From the NCBI GenBank assembly GCA_035605115.1, contig DATNHF010000054.1, positions 1,051 to 65,050 on the forward strand: a DNA stretch of 64,000 nt, written 5' to 3'. This document shows positions 29,399-38,102 of this stretch, in pieces (the stretch's first letter is position 1; every line of letters starts with the position of its first letter). The position numbers were made by a program, and so were the translations under genes. Origin of the DNA: Steroidobacteraceae bacterium (GTDB lineage: Bacteria; Pseudomonadota; Gammaproteobacteria; Steroidobacterales; Steroidobacteraceae). The notes beneath the pieces are model-generated. The model had not been told where the DNA came from, ran no database searches, and saw only the letters and a program-made list of their open reading frames with translations.

Positions 29399-30781
29399 TC
29401 AACGCCGCAGTGACACGCGCCGCCAGCAGGCCGAGGAGGAGAGCTTCAGATACCCCGATAGATCCGGCAGCTGCTCGAGCTCGGACGGTAGCACCGCGGC
29501 TTCGGTCGCATAATGCTCGCTGGTCTGCAGCGAGCGGCGTGCGCCGCGGAGTGCGAAGCCGTTGTCGCGCTCACGCCCGCGCGAAGTCTGCCGCCGCAGC
29601 ACCTCGCGATCGCCGATCAGTCGCGAGGCAAATTGCGACGTGCCGCCATTCTCACTGCCGGCACAGCGCAGGATCAGAGTGTTGCCACAGTTTTCGACAA
29701 TGGTCTGAGCTTCGCCGGCACCATAAGTCGTGGAAACCTGGGCGATCGACTGGAAGCCGAGCACGCAACGGCCGCCGAACTTGCGCAGCCGCGCCAGTGC
29801 ATCCTTGAGTCCATCGATGGCCCCGAGGGCATCGAGTTCATCCACTACGAACCATAATCGCTGGTCGCAGTTTTCGGGCTGACTCATGGCCTCTACGATT
29901 GCCAGTCGCACCCAGGCCGAGATGATCGCCCGCAGCGCCGCAATCTGACCGGCACGATACGGAATGAACAACACGCCACGTCCGTTGCGAACCCATTCGC
30001 GCACCGAAAACAAACGCGCCCGCTGCGCCTTGATGTGTTCCAGCGCTCCGACCGCAGAGAGCATCACAGAACGGATAGACCCGAACATGCGCGCGTTCTC
30101 CGCTTCGAGAAACGGCTGCGCCGAGGTTCCCGCCACAAGCACGCGCAGCTCATCGTTCGGCGCCATCGCCAGAAGTCGCCAGAGTTCCGAGAGATTGTGG
30201 CCACGCCGACCACAGCGACACCGAATCAAGGCAGCGAAAAAGGTGCGCGCATAAGCACGCCACTCGCGGGTCGAAGGGTCCTCACTGTGCGGTATCAGTG
30301 CGCTCGCGAGCTGCTCGATGTCATAAGCATCGCGGACCTCCGCAAACGGATCCCATTGCACCGCATCGGCCTCGAAGGGATTGAGCACGATGTCGCCGCG
30401 ATATCGGCGATGCAGGCGCGCCAGATAGCCGCCGTCCGGATCGCTGATCACCGCCCGGTCGCCGCGCTGCAGCGCAGCCTCGAGCAGCTCGCGGATGGCG
30501 GTCGACTTGCCCGTGCCCGTGGTGCCGACCAGCTTGAAGTGCTTGGTTTCGTCGAGCGGGGCCACGGCGAGGCCAGCGAGCGTAATGCGGTCGCGATGTT
30601 GTCGCAAACCGCGGAAATGACGCATCCATGGCTGGCGCCGAGCCTCCAGGATCAGCGTGCCCCGCCGATGCAGCTCGTACGGACGCGGCTTGCGCCACAG
30701 CCATGCGCTCAGGGGCAGCAACACGACGGCCGCCAGCGCGGCCGCGTGAATGGCTGCAGGCACTGAGTCAAGATCTGTCAT
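29399..30781 (-). CDS. Type IV coupling protein (TraD/TrwB-like), copy 1
   Basis: From ATG 30781 the product is 460 aa with one N-terminal TM, Walker A GTTGTGKST and Walker B LWFVVDELDALG. The track start at 30853 would overlap the upstream gene. Confidence 0.8.
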   Translation of the reverse strand: MTDLDSVPAAIHAAALAAVVLLPLSAWLWRKPRPYELHRRGTLILEARRQPWMRHFRGLRQHRDRITLAGLAVAPLDETKHFKLVGTTGTGKSTAIRELLEAALQRGDRAVISDPDGGYLARLHRRYRGDIVLNPFEADAVQWDPFAEVRDAYDIEQLASALIPHSEDPSTREWRAYARTFFAALIRCRCGRRGHNLSELWRLLAMAPNDELRVLVAGTSAQPFLEAENARMFGSIRSVMLSAVGALEHIKAQRARLFSVREWVRNGRGVLFIPYRAGQIAALRAIISAWVRLAIVEAMSQPENCDQRLWFVVDELDALGAIDGLKDALARLRKFGGRCVLGFQSIAQVSTTYGAGEAQTIVENCGNTLILRCAGSENGGTSQFASRLIGDREVLRRQTSRGRERDNGFALRGARRSLQTSEHYATEAAVLPSELEQLPDLSGYLKLSSSACWRRVSLRR

Positions 30782-30782
30782 C

Positions 30783-31295
30783 TCAATAACCCTTGACCAC
30801 GAGATAGTCCGCTTGCTCGCCGTAGGCCGGCGCCTTGCGATCCACCCGTACACACCAGCGCTGATCGGCGCCGCAGCGCCGAAGATCGATCAGGCCGCCG
30901 CGTTGCTCGAGCCTTTCGAGCGCAGCCGTGAGTTGCTCGCGTCGCAATCGCAAGGCGTCGAGCTCCCCTGCCGAGGGGAGCAGCCGCCAAGCGCACAATG
31001 CCATTGCGGCACCGGACAATAACGTCACCACGAGCGCCGATGCGAGCAAGCGAGCGCGGGCAGCACGCTCGAGCGCGCGCACCGCTTGAATCGCGCGCGT
31101 GCTCTCCTCTATCAGCGCGCCGAGCTCCTCAACCAGCGTGCACCGAATCTGCTCGCGCACCAGAGTGTCGAGTTCCTGCGTGTGCGCCTTGAGCTGTTTG
31201 AGGCTCGAAGCGATGGCTTTCTGCTGCACTTGCGCGCTTTCCAGCAGCAATCCGCACTGTAGACTCGCATCATCGAGCGGCGCGGCAGCCGTCAC
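30783..31295 (-). CDS. Hypothetical coiled-coil protein with one central TM segment
   Basis: 170 aa with a GTG start overlapping the upstream T4CP stop (GTGA); ends 2 nt before T4CP copy 1. Helical heptad-like N-half, TM LLASALVVTLLSGAAMALCAW, conserved-looking C-terminal WCVRVDRKAPAYGEQADYLVVKGY. No family recognised. Confidence 0.5.
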   Translation of the reverse strand: MTAAAPLDDASLQCGLLLESAQVQQKAIASSLKQLKAHTQELDTLVREQIRCTLVEELGALIEESTRAIQAVRALERAARARLLASALVVTLLSGAAMALCAWRLLPSAGELDALRLRREQLTAALERLEQRGGLIDLRRCGADQRWCVRVDRKAPAYGEQADYLVVKGY

Positions 31296-33070
31296 AGCGT
31301 CTGCTCCGCGCCGTCCCGTGAGCGCTGCGCTGCCGCGCTGACCTTGCTGCGTGCCGCAGATGGGCGCCGGCGCGCGCGACTCATCGACGGCTCAGGCACG
31401 TCGGCGTTGGCTTCCGGCTCTGCCCTCGCCGTTGGCAGCGTCGAGCGGCTGACCGGCACAAACGCCGGCGTGTCGGGCTCGCCCCGGTGGACCGTAGCCA
31501 GCCGAGGCAGACTCACGCGAAACCACTGTTCACCCGAAGCAAATTTGAGGTAGCCGGCTAAATCCGGCAATTGTTCAATTTCCGAGTCCATGACCGCCGG
31601 TTCAATACTGAATTGCTCGCTGCGTGTCACCGAACCGAGTATGTCGCCGTCGCCGCGGGTCCTCGATCGGGTCGTGCGCAGCACCTCGCGCTGCCCGATC
31701 AATGTTGAGGCGAATCGCGATGTACCGCCGCCTTCGCTGGCCGAGCAGCGCAGAATGAGCGTATTGCCGCAATTCTCGACGATCGTATGGGCATCGCCTG
31801 CGCCGTAAGTGCTCGCGACCTGTGCAATGGACTGCAAGCCGAGGATGCACCTGCCGCCGAACTTGCGAACGCGCGCAAGCGCATCCTTGAGTCCATCGAT
31901 TGGGCCGAGCGCGTCGAGCTCATCGATCGCGAACCATAAGCGCTGATCTGCCTCCGGACCGGCCATCGTCTCGAAGATCGCGATGCGCATCCATGCGGAA
32001 ACAGTCGAGCGCAGAGCTGCAATCTGATCCGCTCGGTAGGGAATGAACAGCACGCCACCCTGCCCGGACTGGCCACGCTTGACCCACTGCCGTATCGAAA
32101 ACGCCGGCCCTTGTTGCTGCGCGATGTGCTCTAGCGATGCGACTGCCGAGCTGGCCACGGAGCGAATCGAATCGAACATGCGGCCGTTGTGTTGCTCCAG
32201 GAAGGGCTGCGCCGGCGTGCCCGCCGTGAGAGCGCGCAGTTCCGCCGTCGGAGCGATGACCAGCAGGCGGTACAGTTCGCCGACGTCGCGGATGCCGGCG
32301 GCGTGCGCTTGGCGAGTCACGGCGGTCAGAAACGTGCGGGCGTAGCCGTGCCAGCTGCGATCGCCTGCCTCCTGGTCAGGTAGCAGTGAGCGCGCCAACT
32401 GCTCCACGTCATAGGGCTGCTGGATCTCACCGAACAGATCCCACTTGACCGAGCGTTGATCGAAAGGATTGAGCAACACATCGCCGCGGGTCGGCTCGAA
32501 GTAGCGCCGCAGATAGCCGCCGTCCGGGTCGGCGATGACGGCACGATCGCCACGCCGAAGCGCCGGACCGAGCAGCTCGCAAATGGCCGTGCTCTTGCCC
32601 GTACCGGTCGTGCCGATGAGCTTGAAGTGCTTGGTCTCGTCCGCCGTTGCAACCGCCAAGCCGGCGAGCGTGAGCTCGTGCGTGCGTGCGGATCGGTGTG
32701 TAGCGCCTTGAGCTCCGCGGACTGTCGGCGCTTCGGCTCGTTCAGAATTGACCACCATGGTACCGCGTTGATGCTGCAGCGCACGTCTGCGCGGCGCCCC
32801 CAAGGCGCGCCCGGTGGCGTATCCGAGAGCCGCGCTTAGCGTGCCGCCGACCAGCAACGCCATGCCCTGCGAGAGTGGGCCGACAGCCGCCAACCCTGCA
32901 CCCGCTACGGCCGTCAATGGCGCCGCGACCACCGGCGAGAGCAGCAGTCGCGGCAGGTCGGCTCGCGCGCGAATCATCGCGGCCAGCATGGGCGCTTGAA
33001 TACTCGCGTATGCCAGCGCGAGCCCGGACCATCCGTGCATCAGCGCCCCGACCGAAGCATGCGCCAGCAT
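31292..33070 (-). CDS. Type IV coupling protein (TraD/TrwB-like), copy 2, with longer N- and C-terminal regions
   Basis: 592 aa with a multi-helix hydrophobic N-terminus, Walker A GTTGTGKST, Walker B LWFAIDELDALG and an extra ~70-aa basic/Pro-rich tail. Immediately follows virB11. Confidence 0.8.
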   Translation of the reverse strand: MLAHASVGALMHGWSGLALAYASIQAPMLAAMIRARADLPRLLLSPVVAAPLTAVAGAGLAAVGPLSQGMALLVGGTLSAALGYATGRALGAPRRRALQHQRGTMVVNSERAEAPTVRGAQGATHRSARTHELTLAGLAVATADETKHFKLIGTTGTGKSTAICELLGPALRRGDRAVIADPDGGYLRRYFEPTRGDVLLNPFDQRSVKWDLFGEIQQPYDVEQLARSLLPDQEAGDRSWHGYARTFLTAVTRQAHAAGIRDVGELYRLLVIAPTAELRALTAGTPAQPFLEQHNGRMFDSIRSVASSAVASLEHIAQQQGPAFSIRQWVKRGQSGQGGVLFIPYRADQIAALRSTVSAWMRIAIFETMAGPEADQRLWFAIDELDALGPIDGLKDALARVRKFGGRCILGLQSIAQVASTYGAGDAHTIVENCGNTLILRCSASEGGGTSRFASTLIGQREVLRTTRSRTRGDGDILGSVTRSEQFSIEPAVMDSEIEQLPDLAGYLKFASGEQWFRVSLPRLATVHRGEPDTPAFVPVSRSTLPTARAEPEANADVPEPSMSRARRRPSAARSKVSAAAQRSRDGAEQTL

Positions 33071-33071
33071 T

Positions 33072-34175
33072 TCAGACCCCCGAGTCCAGCGCTTCGAGTC
33101 CCCGCCGCTTAAGGTCAGGCTCGTACCAGATCTCGTCGATGAAGCGCCGCTGGCGCGTGCATGAGAATTGAATGACTACATCGATCAACTGATACAGCAG
33201 AGCCCTAATCTCATGTCGCGCGAACTCGCGACCGGCACTGCTCTGCTTGATCAGCAGCATCAGCTGCTCGAATGCCAGCGCGGCGCTGGATGCGTGCACG
33301 CTCGTAATCGAGCCGGGATGTCCCGAATTGACGTTGCGTAGATAATCGAACGCCTCTTCTGATCGCAGCTCTGCCAGCAGGACGCGATCGGGCTTCATGC
33401 GCAGGCAGGACTCGAGCAGTTGCTTCGGCGTCACTCGGGCGAGACCCTGATCGTCCTTCGAATAAAACAGACGAACATGATTGGGATGCCGGTCGAGCAC
33501 CAGTTCTCGGGCGTCTTCGATCGTGATCAAGCGCTCATCGCTCGGAATCTCGCGGATCAACGCCTTGGTCCAGGTCGTCTTGCCCGAGCCCGTCGGCCCA
33601 GACACCAGGATGTTCTTGCGCGCTACGACGGCCAGGCGCATAAATGTCTCATAGCGCTTTTCCGCCAATAGCTCGAGCAGCTTCGATTCGGTCGTGTCGC
33701 GAATCTGACCCGAGCGCCGCGCGTGACTGAAGACACCGCGGCGCGCCAGTTCTTCCAGCGACCAGTGCTGGTCGGATGGCCGACGAATGGTGATCGCCAC
33801 CGTGCCCGGTGTGGTCGCGGGCGGCAGCACGATCTGTACGCGCTGGCCGCCTGGCAAGGCCGCCGACAACAGCGGCGAGGCGGCGTCGATGCGCTGACCG
33901 GTAAAATTAGCAACTAATTTGGCGAACCGCACACACCAGTCGAGACTGATCTCTTGCATCAGCTCGCGCCGCCAACCTGTCGTGGTTTCGATGAATGCCT
34001 CTCCGGGGCGATTCACACACAGCTCAGTGACCATCGGGTCATCGAGAAAGCGCTGCACGATGCGCAGCGTCAGACCCAGCGCCGAGGTCCCGGATCGATC
34101 CCCGGCAGGCGCCTGATAAGAGCCGGCGGTGGCCGGATCAATCAGATTTGCCGGCACGGCGAAGCTCGTAGACAT
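33072..34175 (-). CDS. virB11: VirB11-family T4SS ATPase
   Basis: Motifs VTELCVNRPGEAF, Walker A VSGPTGSGKTT, ITIEDARE and GHPGSITSVHA. The start at ATG 34175 was chosen to limit overlap with virB10. Confidence 0.85.
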   Translation of the reverse strand: MSTSFAVPANLIDPATAGSYQAPAGDRSGTSALGLTLRIVQRFLDDPMVTELCVNRPGEAFIETTTGWRRELMQEISLDWCVRFAKLVANFTGQRIDAASPLLSAALPGGQRVQIVLPPATTPGTVAITIRRPSDQHWSLEELARRGVFSHARRSGQIRDTTESKLLELLAEKRYETFMRLAVVARKNILVSGPTGSGKTTWTKALIREIPSDERLITIEDARELVLDRHPNHVRLFYSKDDQGLARVTPKQLLESCLRMKPDRVLLAELRSEEAFDYLRNVNSGHPGSITSVHASSAALAFEQLMLLIKQSSAGREFARHEIRALLYQLIDVVIQFSCTRQRRFIDEIWYEPDLKRRGLEALDSGV

Positions 34176-35328
34176 TCGTGAAGTCGATATCGCGGGCGAC
34201 CAGAATCTGAATTCGATCACCATTGGCTTTGCGCACCGTCGGTGCAATATTCAGCGTGTTCTTGAATATCTCGGTCGTCACATCTTGCGTTGCCGTTGGG
34301 TTGTAAATGACCGTGCCGCTGCCCCGACTCGAGGACTGCACGGCCGCCTGGACGGCGCCATCGATGGTGGAGATGAACAGCGCCGCGCCGAAGCGCTCCC
34401 AAAAGTGGCGCTCCACGGTTCCTGCGAGGCCCGCACGGCCCAGCTCATCGGTGGCGGGGGAGTCCAATGGAACGATCACGCCCGTCGGCGTACGCGCTTC
34501 AGTCCACAGCACGAACACTCGCGCCATGCCCTGCTGTACCTGGCCGCGGGTTTCCCCGACCAGTTTGGTGCCGCGCTCGAGCAGAATGACCTCGCCGTCG
34601 ACACCGAATGTATCCGTGGCGGTAACGCAGGTTGTCATGCCAGGCAGTGTCGAATCGATCGCGGTCTCGAGCGTGCAATCGATGAATGCTCCCTTCGGCA
34701 GCAGCAGGCGTTGCCCCGGCAACAGACGCGCCGGTGATGTGTTCGTGATCTGAGCACGCAGCAGCGGTGCGATTGCCCCATCCGCCGGCAACGCGCTATT
34801 GCCGGTCGTCGCAGCGTTCGGCGTCGTCGCCGCGATACTGGATGCCGATGGCGCGACGCTCGACGGCGTGGTGGCATCGCCAGCGCCCGTTGCCCGCTCG
34901 AAGGCAATGCCGACGAGTCGTCGCTGCAGGGTTGAGGGCATCGGAGGCGGTGCAGACGCCGTTGCCACAGGCGCTAATAGAGCCAGCTTCGAATTGGCTG
35001 CGACATCCACCGGCGCGCTTTGCATTGCCAGCAGCGATGCGCTCGAGCCGGCGGTCGAGACCAGCGCAGCGGACGGCATGATGGCGCCCAGGGCAGGCAA
35101 TGCCATCTCGGCCTTGGCACGACTGTCGAAGGCCGCCTGCGCCTGCTCGTGAACCCGCGACTGACGCCGCCCGGCGTGCACATAATAGGCAGCGAGAACG
35201 GCGGCACCCATCGCCAGCATGAGTCCGATTGCCAGCAGATTGCCGACCCTCGAGTGCAGCGACAGCAGGTGGCGCACCGCCGGCAGACCGCGCTCGCCAT
35301 CGACATTGCCGCTCTGCATAGAGTTCAT
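34138..35328 (-). CDS. virB10: VirB10/TrbI-family T4SS protein
   Basis: 396 aa with an N-terminal TM (LLAIGLMLAMGAAVLAAYYV), a low-complexity Ala/Ser/Thr linker and a conserved C-terminal barrel region (AFIDCTLETAIDSTLPG ... GLAGTVERHFWERFG). Confidence 0.85.
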   Translation of the reverse strand: MNSMQSGNVDGERGLPAVRHLLSLHSRVGNLLAIGLMLAMGAAVLAAYYVHAGRRQSRVHEQAQAAFDSRAKAEMALPALGAIMPSAALVSTAGSSASLLAMQSAPVDVAANSKLALLAPVATASAPPPMPSTLQRRLVGIAFERATGAGDATTPSSVAPSASSIAATTPNAATTGNSALPADGAIAPLLRAQITNTSPARLLPGQRLLLPKGAFIDCTLETAIDSTLPGMTTCVTATDTFGVDGEVILLERGTKLVGETRGQVQQGMARVFVLWTEARTPTGVIVPLDSPATDELGRAGLAGTVERHFWERFGAALFISTIDGAVQAAVQSSSRGSGTVIYNPTATQDVTTEIFKNTLNIAPTVRKANGDRIQILVARDIDFTNVYELRRAGKSD

Positions 35329-36149
35329 CGCCGCAGCTCACGCGTCGAGCGTTCGACCGACGGGGTAATGGTGCCGGATTGCAGCTCGCGCCCATTACCG
35401 CCGAAGCTTCGATTGACGATGCAGCCCTTGAGATTGCCGCGCCGGACTAAGAATTGTCGCGCCAACCGATGGATCACAACCTCCCCGTCCTGCACGCTGA
35501 AGTTGAGCAGGGATTCGGATCCGTCGTCATTGCGTACGAACAGCGCCGGCAGCTCGCCGCCCGGATTGAAGCGCAGGTGCGTATGCACGCCGTCGTCAAA
35601 GGCCGCCAGCGGCAGCAAAGCCGCACTGCCGCAATACCAATAATCGCGATTGCGGCGTGCCGCAGCGGCGCTCTGCTGCAGCGCGTGCTCGATGCCGCCT
35701 TCAGCATGCGTGGCGTCCGTGCTCGGGGGCGGCGTATATGCGAAACGCATTGCGTAGATGAGCTCGGGCGCTGCCTCATCGGGCGCTGCTGCGGAGGTCA
35801 CCTCGTAGTAAAAGTGATAGGTTCTGCGCGTAGTCAAGATCGTCAGATTGGTACGGACCTTCGAGGCCTTCGGCTTTATGAACAGATGATTGTCTTGTGC
35901 GGCAAAGCCCAGACCATCGATATCGCCCGCACCCAAGCCGACGAAGGCTTCACCGGCCTCGAATTCAAGATCGATCTGGTAACCGACATAGCCATGCAAT
36001 CGATAGATTCGATCCGCGTCATAGGGCACCGCGCGTATGCGCCGATCGGAAGGCACCGCGCTGCCGGCGACCCCCCGCTGGTCGGCCTGACCCAGACATG
36101 GCAGGCAGAGCAGGACCAACACCATCACCGTCGAAATCATGCGTTTCAC
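35325..36149 (-). CDS. virB9: VirB9-family T4SS protein
   Basis: 274 aa with a signal peptide, RIRAVPYDADRIYRLHGYVGYQIDLEFE and HLFIKPKA motifs. Confidence 0.85.
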   Translation of the reverse strand: MKRMISTVMVLVLLCLPCLGQADQRGVAGSAVPSDRRIRAVPYDADRIYRLHGYVGYQIDLEFEAGEAFVGLGAGDIDGLGFAAQDNHLFIKPKASKVRTNLTILTTRRTYHFYYEVTSAAAPDEAAPELIYAMRFAYTPPPSTDATHAEGGIEHALQQSAAAARRNRDYWYCGSAALLPLAAFDDGVHTHLRFNPGGELPALFVRNDDGSESLLNFSVQDGEVVIHRLARQFLVRRGNLKGCIVNRSFGGNGRELQSGTITPSVERSTRELRR

Positions 36150-36883
36150 GGCGATGCCGCCTTGTCCGCGAGCGGCCCAGCCGAGGACAGATCGATCGCC
36201 ACTTCCGGCTCCGAGACGAAGTCTATAATTCTGAATCCCAAGGGATTCCAGCCTCGCAGCTTCGGGTCATTCGATGGCGTTGAGTAACCGTACTGAATGG
36301 TGGCAATCCAGCGAGTCATCCGCTCCGGAGAGCCGTTGGCCTGCAGCTCGCTCTTTACGTACCGAACCTGGGCCAGGTCGGACACGCCGCTGCCACGCTT
36401 GAAAAAACTGACCGCTTGCACCTGCGCGCGGGTCAGGCTGCCGTCGCGATGCACGTTCAACGGTGATTTGGGATTGGTCTTCTGCCACAACGCGTACCAG
36501 GCCTGGTTGCGCTGCGCGCCGTGGAAGGCCCCGCACTCTTCGTAGTCACTCTCGGCCGTGGAGTAGTTGAACCGCTCGCACACCGTGACGTAGTGGCTCA
36601 GAAAGTAGCGCGTTACGGCCTCATCCATCGGCGCACCAGCGGTGTATACGGGAACCACATCAACCATGCCGGTAGAGTTGTCCACGCGAATGACGAAGGG
36701 TTCTACCTTTTTTAATGGCATCAGCGTCGCTACAGCGCACGCAGCGCTCACCGCGCACAACCACCCACCCATCGCGACTCGCCAGGCAATGCGTGCGTTG
36801 CGCTGCGTGAGTGCCACCCGGTCGGTATCCCAGCGCGCCGCTTCCTTGAAGTAACTGTCCAGTTCCGTCGTCATGCGATGCAC
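36146..36883 (-). CDS. virB8: VirB8-family T4SS protein
   Basis: 245 aa. YFKEAARWDTDR, then a TM segment, then an NTF2-like periplasmic domain (PFVIRVDNSTGMVDVV). Confidence 0.85.
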   Translation of the reverse strand: MHRMTTELDSYFKEAARWDTDRVALTQRNARIAWRVAMGGWLCAVSAACAVATLMPLKKVEPFVIRVDNSTGMVDVVPVYTAGAPMDEAVTRYFLSHYVTVCERFNYSTAESDYEECGAFHGAQRNQAWYALWQKTNPKSPLNVHRDGSLTRAQVQAVSFFKRGSGVSDLAQVRYVKSELQANGSPERMTRWIATIQYGYSTPSNDPKLRGWNPLGFRIIDFVSEPEVAIDLSSAGPLADKAASP

Positions 36884-37033
36884 TCACGGGCTTGCTGCAG
36901 CGGGTCTGGCGACATCACCATGCACAGCGGCAGTGGCCGCATTGATCGGTTGCAAGGCACCGTCACAACGCACTTCGCGCGCGGCGCAGGCTATTTGCAG
37001 CAGACCCAAGCAGACGATGAGCAGCCATTTCAT
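36884..37033 (-). CDS. virB7: VirB7-like small lipoprotein (49 aa), hidden inside track ORF 36884..37513
   Basis: ATG at 37033 gives MKWLLIVCLGLLQIAC..., a signal peptide with a lipobox-like LQIAC. It sits in the canonical slot between virB6 and virB8 and abuts the virB8 start. Confidence 0.55.
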   Translation of the reverse strand: MKWLLIVCLGLLQIACAAREVRCDGALQPINAATAAVHGDVARPAAASP

Positions 37034-37089
37034 GCTTGTCCTCCTCCGCAGGTGAAACTCGAATGCATCCGACAAGCGCTCCGCGCCTG

Positions 37090-38085
37090 CTACGGCTCGC
37101 GCCACGATGGGGCGGCGGTATCGCTCCTGGACGCCGCCGTCGCCGTCGCCGCTGCCACCGTCGCCGGCCGGGCCTGAGCTGAGTCGGCGAAAATAACGCT
37201 GGCTGCGATGGCCTTGGCTGGTCGCGAAAGACTGCGTCCATGGCCAATTCCCCAGGCCACTATGCGGCTGACCGCACCAAAGCTGCTGAGCGCGAAGCCG
37301 CCACCCAGCCCGGCGGCAATCGGCATGATCTGCCGCATGAGCAGAAACACCAGCACCGATACCAGCACCATGTCGAGCGCATCGACAGTCAGAATGGCCG
37401 CGCCCCGGGACGCCGTCTGCGCCGCGTAGGATTCCACCACCTGCAACAGCAGCGCGGCCACCATCACGGTGAGAATCGAAATCAATGCGTAGGTCGCCAA
37501 TTGCGCAATCCACGCCTCGAAGAAGCGGCGCGTGCTGTCAAACAGAAGCAGTGCGATGAACAGGGGACCGATCGCCAGCAGTACGGCACAGGCGATGCTC
37601 GACAGCGCAATCAGGAACATTGCATAGATGCACAGCAGCCCCATCAACAGCCACACCACGGCGCCCGCGAGGTAGTAGCCGAAATCGCTGCCAAACACGC
37701 CGCCCTTGACCCAGAGCTGCTGTGCGACCGCACCGCCCTGCTGCCAAATCGCGTCTATGGTTCCGACAGGATCATTCGAGCCCACGACTGCGGCGGCCAG
37801 CTGCGCCGGGGCGGTATAGAAGGAGTCGACGATGACGGTGTTGTAGAGCCACAAGTGCAACGCCACACCCAACACGACCGCGAGCACGACGATGCGCTTG
37901 AGCCCCTGACCGAAGGGCTCTTCGATCCTTCCGGTCAGGTGTAAATACCCCCAGAGCATCAGGTACACCGTGGATAGGGTGACGATGGCTGGCTCGAGCG
38001 CGGCAGAGACGCGCGCGGTATTGCTGCCGATGTAGCCCGCGAGCACTTGATTGAGCCATGCCCAAAACGTTTGAAAAAATCCCAT
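37090..38085 (-). CDS. virB6: VirB6/TrbL-family polytopic T4SS protein
   Basis: 331 aa with at least 6 hydrophobic helices. Position between virB5 and virB7/8. Confidence 0.8.
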   Translation of the reverse strand: MGFFQTFWAWLNQVLAGYIGSNTARVSAALEPAIVTLSTVYLMLWGYLHLTGRIEEPFGQGLKRIVVLAVVLGVALHLWLYNTVIVDSFYTAPAQLAAAVVGSNDPVGTIDAIWQQGGAVAQQLWVKGGVFGSDFGYYLAGAVVWLLMGLLCIYAMFLIALSSIACAVLLAIGPLFIALLLFDSTRRFFEAWIAQLATYALISILTVMVAALLLQVVESYAAQTASRGAAILTVDALDMVLVSVLVFLLMRQIMPIAAGLGGGFALSSFGAVSRIVAWGIGHGRSLSRPAKAIAASVIFADSAQARPATVAAATATAASRSDTAAPSWREP

Positions 38086-38102
38086 GGATGCGCGGATTCC
38101 GG

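Noticed and set aside
28348-29808. 486-aa plus-strand ORF across the relaxase/T4CP junction
   Set aside because: It is antisense to two genes with clear family motifs, and it is Arg/Ala-rich shadow sequence.
37034-37513. Upstream 160 codons of the 209-aa ORF 36884..37513
   Set aside because: They overlap virB6 out of frame and are Gly/Arg/Ala-rich. Only the last 49 codons, from ATG 37033, look like a real VirB7-like lipoprotein gene.
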